From positions 5,568,001 to 5,632,000 of the forward strand of contig OZ241917.1 of assembly GCA_965203805.1 (NCBI GenBank): 64,000 nucleotides of DNA, in the 5' to 3' direction. The notes under the pieces are model-generated. The model was not told the origin of the DNA and ran no database searches. It saw only the letters and a list, made by a program, of their open reading frames with translations. The DNA comes from Candidatus Latescibacterota bacterium (GTDB taxonomy: Bacteria > Latescibacterota > UBA2968 > GCA-2709665). Made by a program: the position numbers and the translations under genes. Of the stretch, positions 58,315-64,000 are shown piece by piece (position 1 is the first letter of the stretch; each line of letters starts with the position of its first letter).

Positions 58315-58450
58315 CGGGTACCCCCCGGATTGAACTCTTCCAGGTAGCTGTGATACAGTAAAAATCTAACAAATCGAGGGGGTTTGTCAAGCCTGACCTT
58401 GATTCGAACTAATCAGGCTGATAGAGTAACTGAACGAGGGCAAGATCATA

Positions 58451-58925
58451 CTCTGCAAATCCAGAATCATGGCGGGACGCCAGTGCGAGAAGCGTCTGTG
58501 GCTGGAGGTGCATCGGCGGGATCTCATCGCATACGACCCGGACGTAAAGCACCGCCTGGCGGTTGGCGAGGACGTCAATGTCGTGGCGCGTGCCCAACAT
58601 CCGGGCGGAGTACTGATCGAATACGATGACGGTGCGGCTCGTGGACCTCCTTCCCATCGTGCGAAGGACGTACTATCACCCTGATATGCTCGGTTCGTGG
58701 TCGATCAAGAAGGTCTTGCCAACGGTCGCGCCGCACCTCGACTACGGATCGCTCGGTGAAGTCCGGGACGGAGCCGCTGCAGGAACGGCTTATCTGCGGA
58801 TTATCGATCCTGAAACCGATGCCGCCGAGCCCCGGCGGCTGGAGCGGGAGTTGTTGGAATACTGCAAGCTCGACACGCTGGGGATGATGGAACTCGTGAA
58901 ATTTCTTTCTCAAAGTGGCCGGTAA
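58451..58925 (+). pseudogene. internally deleted DUF2779-type (nuclease-like) gene
   Basis: N-term LCKSRIMAGRQCEKRLWL joined out of frame to C-term YYHPDMLGSWSIKKVLP...LLEYCKLDT. Confidence 0.8.
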
Positions 58926-59075
58926 CAAGCTTCACATTCACAAGCAAGGAATCCAATGTCGGACACACCGAGTTTCCGAAGGACGACAAAAAAAAGTCAC
59001 GGAGCCGTTGTCAGATGAACGATGTGTGCGAAGTCTCATAATCGTAGAAGGGAACCGACAGATAGGAGGTGTACG

Positions 59076-59879
59076 GTGGATAACGAAGAGTACCTGAAGG
59101 AAGTTAATAACGCGCTTGCGAGAGACGAAACCCTACTCGGACGTGTCTGGAAACACACTTTTCCTGTTGAAAAATCTCCTGACGAGATTTCAAAGGAATT
59201 GGACAAGGCTACAAGCGGTTTCGTCTACAATTATAGGCGTTACCTTGGCGCAATGTTAAATGGAGAAATTCCCGACAAACCAACCCTTGCCAAACAGACT
59301 GAACGCGCTTTGCGGAGTTTCCAAAAGCGGCATCGAGGAGTTCTAAGCAAAGGGACTGAACAGGAACTAAAGCTACGTGAGGAAAAGTGTGCATCAATCG
59401 CAAACAACCCCGAGGAAGTGGAAAGGGAGAATGCAGATATTGAGATTGAAACCATAAGACGAATTGGAGAATTCGAAAAGGCAAACGTACCGGGAATATA
59501 TCTTTATACGTATCCTCGTTATTTAAGTGCGCCGATAGAACCGTCTAATGATGATTCCACCATGAGGACATTTATGAAAATTGGTATTTCCGAGAAGAAT
59601 GCGCGCGAGCGTATCCGACAACAGACTACAGGAATGCCGGAACCGCCGAAGATAATCGAAATCTGGGTCGTTGATAACGATGATGACGTAAAACTGTTAG
59701 AATCCAAAATCAAGCATCACTTAAACACGATAGGTCACGGAAGGTCAGGCAGCAAACGACGGGAGTGGTTCTTGACGAACGAAGAAACAGTAGTATCGAC
59801 CATCAATCTAATTGGTCTCACCCGTTTCGCTGATCACGTGAAAGAAACATCTGCAAACGCGGAGAATGTAGGTGAATAG
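59076..59879 (+). CDS. GIY-YIG (T5orf172-like) nuclease domain protein
   Basis: GIYLY, MKIGIS, RERIRQQTTGMPE, LESKIKHHL, REWF; GTG 59076 after AGGAGG. Confidence 0.85.
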   Translation: MDNEEYLKEVNNALARDETLLGRVWKHTFPVEKSPDEISKELDKATSGFVYNYRRYLGAMLNGEIPDKPTLAKQTERALRSFQKRHRGVLSKGTEQELKLREEKCASIANNPEEVERENADIEIETIRRIGEFEKANVPGIYLYTYPRYLSAPIEPSNDDSTMRTFMKIGISEKNARERIRQQTTGMPEPPKIIEIWVVDNDDDVKLLESKIKHHLNTIGHGRSGSKRREWFLTNEETVVSTINLIGLTRFADHVKETSANAENVGE

Positions 59880-60017
59880 AGGACATACTTGCTCGTCTAA
59901 TCGCGTATGAGAATAAGGTAAAACGCTGGAAGGAAGAGAATTGGAACCGTGATCATTGCTACGAAATGCGCGGGAACATCTGTCTGGACATACAGGGAAT
60001 ATTGGGAGTGATTTTGC

Positions 60018-60308
60018 ATGAGCAGAACATACCGACGGCAGCGCCAGAAAGATAGTTATTACCGGTGGGTCGACTTCAATCTGGAAACCAAACCAGGACG
60101 ACACTACGGGGATCGTCACATAACCAGAATGGAACACCTTTCGGCGCGCGTGTTCAGGGACGTCTGCAGGGGTGACTGGAGCGACGTGAGGGGCAAGCTG
60201 CGTCTGGGCCGTGCTTTGCGGATTTGCTCCAAGTATATTATACGTCAGGAGCTTGTCAAAATGGATCGTAAGGAAGGAGGAGAATCGCATGGCGCCAGAG
60301 ATGGCTGA
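60018..60308 (+). CDS. small basic hypothetical protein
   Basis: MSRTYRR start, GGGAG RBS. Confidence 0.5.
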   Translation: MSRTYRRQRQKDSYYRWVDFNLETKPGRHYGDRHITRMEHLSARVFRDVCRGDWSDVRGKLRLGRALRICSKYIIRQELVKMDRKEGGESHGARDG

Positions 60309-60547
60309 CATTCCGGATAATTTCCGACACCTAAGTCAATTTCAATGAATCCCGCAATGGACACGTCCGACTTTTATGGATTTGCAACAAAGGAACTCGC
60401 CTAGGACACCGCGATCTCATTACATTTTCGCTTGCCGGATTCTCATGGAGAACGTCCACGTACACTTTGGCGACCACTTTGAATCCGATACAATTCGACA
60501 AGCCGTCCGCAAGACACCAACAACCACAAGAGATCGGAGTGTAAGTG

Positions 60548-61522
60548 ATGACCGTTTGGGCATTTAACCGAGCGACTGATGATGACGCTAGACAATCTCT
60601 GTATCAATCCATCAGGATGGGGAAATCACGTTTTGGCTGGTCTTCGTTAGATGAACACAATTTGAGATTAAAGGATAACTGGTCTGACAATCACTCGAGG
60701 AATTTGTTTCTCTTACAGATAAGTAAGGGTGATTGGATTGTTCACGTAAACACACCGAGTTGGGGACGATGTATCGCAGTTCGGGTGGTTTCGGAATACG
60801 GCTTTGATGAAGGATTGGATGTCCCGTGGGGCAAGGATTTCCGACATTGTTTCGAAATCGACGTTGAATCGATCATTGAATTTAACCGGAGGGATCCAAA
60901 TGTTCTACCGTCAGTCAACTTGAATCCCAGATATCGGTATCAGAGAGTCTATGCAGCTGAGGACTTTCTCAAGTCGATTGAAAATTTGAAACACAACGTG
61001 ATCAACCTCAATTCTGGAGAGAGTAAGGAAGAATTCCACCTGAAGGATGGGACAAACCGATATCTTTCTGAGATTGCGAAACTAATCCACGAAACACACA
61101 AAAGCAAGCGACTTGAGCCATTCCTTGCAAAGGTCTTCCGAAAAATACGTGGCGTGGTTGATGTCGACGAAAACGGTTCTGGTTGGAGAAGCGATTATGG
61201 TGCCGATCTTATCGTTACAATGCGCTCGCCCTTGGGGCACTTGGAGATTGAAAACAAGATCATCGTTCAGATCAAGTCCTTCTCGGGCAGCCACTACGAA
61301 GTTGGCGCTGTTGATCAGGTACAAGCGGGAATTGAGAAATTCAATGGTACGGCTGGGATGATCATAACAACAGCGGGGAAGACCGAAAAATTGGAAAACA
61401 AAATCCGGGAGACATCCGAGGCCATAGATCGACCAATAGATTTACTGGCTGCCGATGATGTCGCAAAGTTCGTGTTAAAGATCGCACCAGAACTGCTGTT
61501 TCGGCTGGACGGAATTTCCTGA
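60548..61522 (+). CDS. Mrr-like restriction endonuclease (type IV candidate)
   Basis: C-terminal GADLIV...IIVQIKS...GMIITTA; N-terminal RFGWS...ISKGDWIV PUA/EVE-like region. Confidence 0.8.
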   Translation: MTVWAFNRATDDDARQSLYQSIRMGKSRFGWSSLDEHNLRLKDNWSDNHSRNLFLLQISKGDWIVHVNTPSWGRCIAVRVVSEYGFDEGLDVPWGKDFRHCFEIDVESIIEFNRRDPNVLPSVNLNPRYRYQRVYAAEDFLKSIENLKHNVINLNSGESKEEFHLKDGTNRYLSEIAKLIHETHKSKRLEPFLAKVFRKIRGVVDVDENGSGWRSDYGADLIVTMRSPLGHLEIENKIIVQIKSFSGSHYEVGAVDQVQAGIEKFNGTAGMIITTAGKTEKLENKIRETSEAIDRPIDLLAADDVAKFVLKIAPELLFRLDGIS

Positions 61523-61838
61523 CGGGAGTACAAGAATTCGGGGTTGTATCTTGCGTCGATGCGAGGGGCATCTGGACGAAATGTAACCCTGATGTGGATA
61601 ATTGGGGGACGGAGAGGCTGCGTAGGTCGCGAAAGTTTCATTCCGTGAGCATTGCACGTGGTTGGCGGTTGACGCCAATAGTACCGTGTGTCTGGATGCC
61701 TGCGCTGAGAGACTTCAATGCATATGCTGTTTGATTCGGTTATCCATCGCGCAACTTTCCGATAGATTTCCATCCGAGAAATCGCAAGAGATACCGCGCA
61801 AACGTCGGTGAGTTGGGTGAGGACGGCCGTGCAAACCA

Positions 61839-61863
61839 GGGCAACCACACGGGTTGCCCCTAC
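61839..61863 (-). repeat. GTAG-type REP palindrome
   Basis: GGGCAACCACACGGGTTGCCCCTAC. Confidence 0.75.
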
Positions 61864-61966
61864 AATGCTGGGATCCGATACACCCGAAGCCCCGGTCTTC
61901 GGTCACGAAATACTCAGTGGCCTGGAATTGTCATTGACCTCCAGAATTTATGTAGTAAAATTAATC

Positions 61967-62061
61967 ATGCGGATCAAGTTCGACGCGGCGACGCCCAGAG
62001 GATCAATAGCATGAGGAGGGCAAATGAACGAGAACGACGGCTCTACGGCCCGAGGTTTTGA
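61967..62061 (+). pseudogene. brnT: internally deleted BrnT toxin
   Basis: MRIKFDAA fused out of frame to QRINSMRRANERERRLY; promoter TTGACC-16-TAAAAT at 61934-61961. Confidence 0.8.
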
Positions 62062-62281
62062 CCCCGACACTGCACCCGATCTCTCGAAGGACGGCTGGCC
62101 GGAAAAGTTCGCCAGGGCGCCCGTACGTCGGGGCCGTCCCCCGAAGGCGCGACCGAAAGTGTCGACCACGATCCGGTTGTCCCAGGAGGTCGTCGATCAT
62201 TTTCGCGCCGGAGGGCGCGGCTGGCAGACACGGATCGACAACGCCCTGCGCGACTGGATCAAACGACACGACGTCGCTTGA
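62024..62281 (+). CDS. brnA: BrnA antitoxin
   Basis: RRGRPP...KVSTTIRLSQEVVDHFRAGGRGWQTRIDNALR. Confidence 0.92.
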   Translation: MNENDGSTARGFDPDTAPDLSKDGWPEKFARAPVRRGRPPKARPKVSTTIRLSQEVVDHFRAGGRGWQTRIDNALRDWIKRHDVA

Positions 62282-62945
62282 TCGGATCCTGCCGCACTGC
62301 ATTGCGGTAGCCGGCCCATGAAAGACCGGTCTACTCGCATGAGCCGAACCGCCCGGGGTCCATCCCGAAATACATGCGGCAAGATGTCTGCCGACGGGAC
62401 GGGTCGGCCACAGCATGATGGTGGAATCCGACTTGCGCTGAGATTGCCGATGATTCATTGGGTTTGTGTGGATTGCACGCGAACAAGGGGCGACTTCAAG
62501 GATGGTCGCCCCTTTTGTTTCGGTCGTGATTGTAGTGCATTTGTCTGAGCCGGCGCCGATCACGCCGCGGACGGCGAGGCCCGTGGATATACCGTAGGGG
62601 CGGGGGGCGTTCGTCTGCAGTGATGTGTTTGCCCTTACGATGTCGATTGGAGACGGCTACGAAAAGAAATGTGGCGTCGTATATTGCTAATATTCGCGGG
62701 ATGCGATTGACTTACAGACTTGATCCCGTATCTTGTATAAACGGTGCCGTCCCTATCTCCCCAAAGGCCCCCGAAATCTTGCATGGCGAATTTCGATACC
62801 ATCTCAAAACGCCTGATTCAGACAGGATTCTTCTTTGCGGTTGATGCGTTAGGCTGAAGAGTGATGTTTATACACTTAGGGGTTTGCAGCGCGAGAACGA
62901 GAAGTGTGGATGTACAAACAAGGGGCAATTGATAAAGGAGAAAAA

Positions 62946-63303
62946 ATGGGTGCTGGTGACGTGATACGGGAGGATGAAAGTGATGCTAACGCGGAGGTAG
63001 CCAGGGCCTTGCGGACTTGCGGAGAATTGCGGACAGGCAAGAGCAGGATGTTGACGGAGGAGGAGACGGTTCGTTTTTTTATGAAACTGGAGAGGAAGTG
63101 GGGCAAGAGATCCACAAGAGGCGATATGGGGGAATGTGATGAAGTGTAAAATCAGGGTTGTAGAATCGGTATGCGGCCCTACAGTAGCAAATAGGGAATG
63201 AGTGGTTAAGTTGCCGAAGCGGAATGAAGGGCAGTCTTTCGATGACGTTGTGGCGGCGTCGATCCGTCCGGCAGTGATTAAGGAGACGGATCGACCCGAT
63301 AAG
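62946..63303 (+). pseudogene. decayed antitoxin / RelE-ParE-like toxin pair
   Basis: short ORF EVARALR...RTGKSRML then MKCKIRVVES...RE*V...QSFDDVVAA with in-frame stop. Confidence 0.45.
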
Positions 63304-63323
63304 TGATCGTGAGGGCATTGACG

Positions 63324-63809
63324 ATGGAAAAGCACATATTCCTTGCCATAGGTGCCTCTGTTGCCGTTGTCGGTTTATTGATTACCGCGGCTGGTCTCAT
63401 CTTCAAGAGCGGGAAGTGGAAGGGAGAAGTTGACTCCGACAGGAAAGCGTTTAAGGAATTCATGGATAAAATCGAGAAGAAGATCGAAGAAGTCCTGGAA
63501 CGACTTCCTTCTCGCAGGGTTGTAACTCAGGCCAGCCCGTTGCAGTTGACGGATTTTGGAAAGGAAATCGCTGAAGAAATCGAAGCTGAGAAGTGGGCAG
63601 AGAGAATTGTCACACGTTTAACCAAGGAAGTTAAGGGCAAGGGTCCTTATGATATACAACAATATTGTTTTGAATATGTTGGAACTTTCGAATTCGATGA
63701 GATCAAGGATGAGGATCTACGGGGGTGCGCATATATGCGGGGGATTGAACTGGATGATGTTAAGCGAGTGTTGGCCGTTGTATTGCGGGATAGACTGTTG
63801 AGTTCTTGA
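63324..63809 (+). CDS. hypothetical N-terminally membrane-anchored protein
   Basis: TM, coiled coil FKEFMDKIEKKIEEV, SPLQLTDFGKEIA, VVLRDRLL. Confidence 0.8.
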   Translation: MEKHIFLAIGASVAVVGLLITAAGLIFKSGKWKGEVDSDRKAFKEFMDKIEKKIEEVLERLPSRRVVTQASPLQLTDFGKEIAEEIEAEKWAERIVTRLTKEVKGKGPYDIQQYCFEYVGTFEFDEIKDEDLRGCAYMRGIELDDVKRVLAVVLRDRLLSS

Positions 63810-64000
63810 GTGGGTGGCCGACCTGCCTTATGCCATGTTTGATTGTGTGTCGGCAGGCTAACATAGTAAATCGTTCCCATTGCGTAGATTCCAGCCTGGA
63901 CCGATACCCTACGTACCAATACGACGTTAGCGAGATCGTAGAAGGGATCCGAATCGGAGACGAGTTTAGCGCACGTACGATGTGATAGTCTGGATTGCAA

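Overview
GC-rich bacterial chromosome segment; no rRNA, tRNA or CRISPR array was seen. 1-17.5 kb is mostly housekeeping and catabolic (DUF3604-type protein, glutaredoxin, rarA, two enolase-superfamily enzymes, M14 and M42 peptidases, dehydrogenases, a PolX with altered catalytic residues). 17.5-38 kb is an accessory/defence region: an ORF-less group II intron, a cassette-like gene run, IS630, two nuclease-like genes, a fused type IIG-like R-M enzyme, IrrE/DUF4411 and a NYN remnant. 38-47.5 kb holds addAB-like genes, an SDR, nth and a dksA/traR gene. 47.6-64 kb is a second accessory region: a WYL regulator, a DriD-like palindrome and an ATPase with three AAA modules, then MITE-like elements, IS1595, candidate structured RNAs, a second identical intron copy, GIY-YIG and Mrr-like nucleases and decayed toxin-antitoxin loci. 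The best candidates for undescribed biology are the WYL/triple-AAA module and a nested set of selfish elements, in which 27-33 nt CCTGCC...GGCAGG micro-insertions sit inside REPs, 9-bp-period repeats and the intron, while the intron itself targets those repeats. All family calls come from motif recognition by eye, not database searches.
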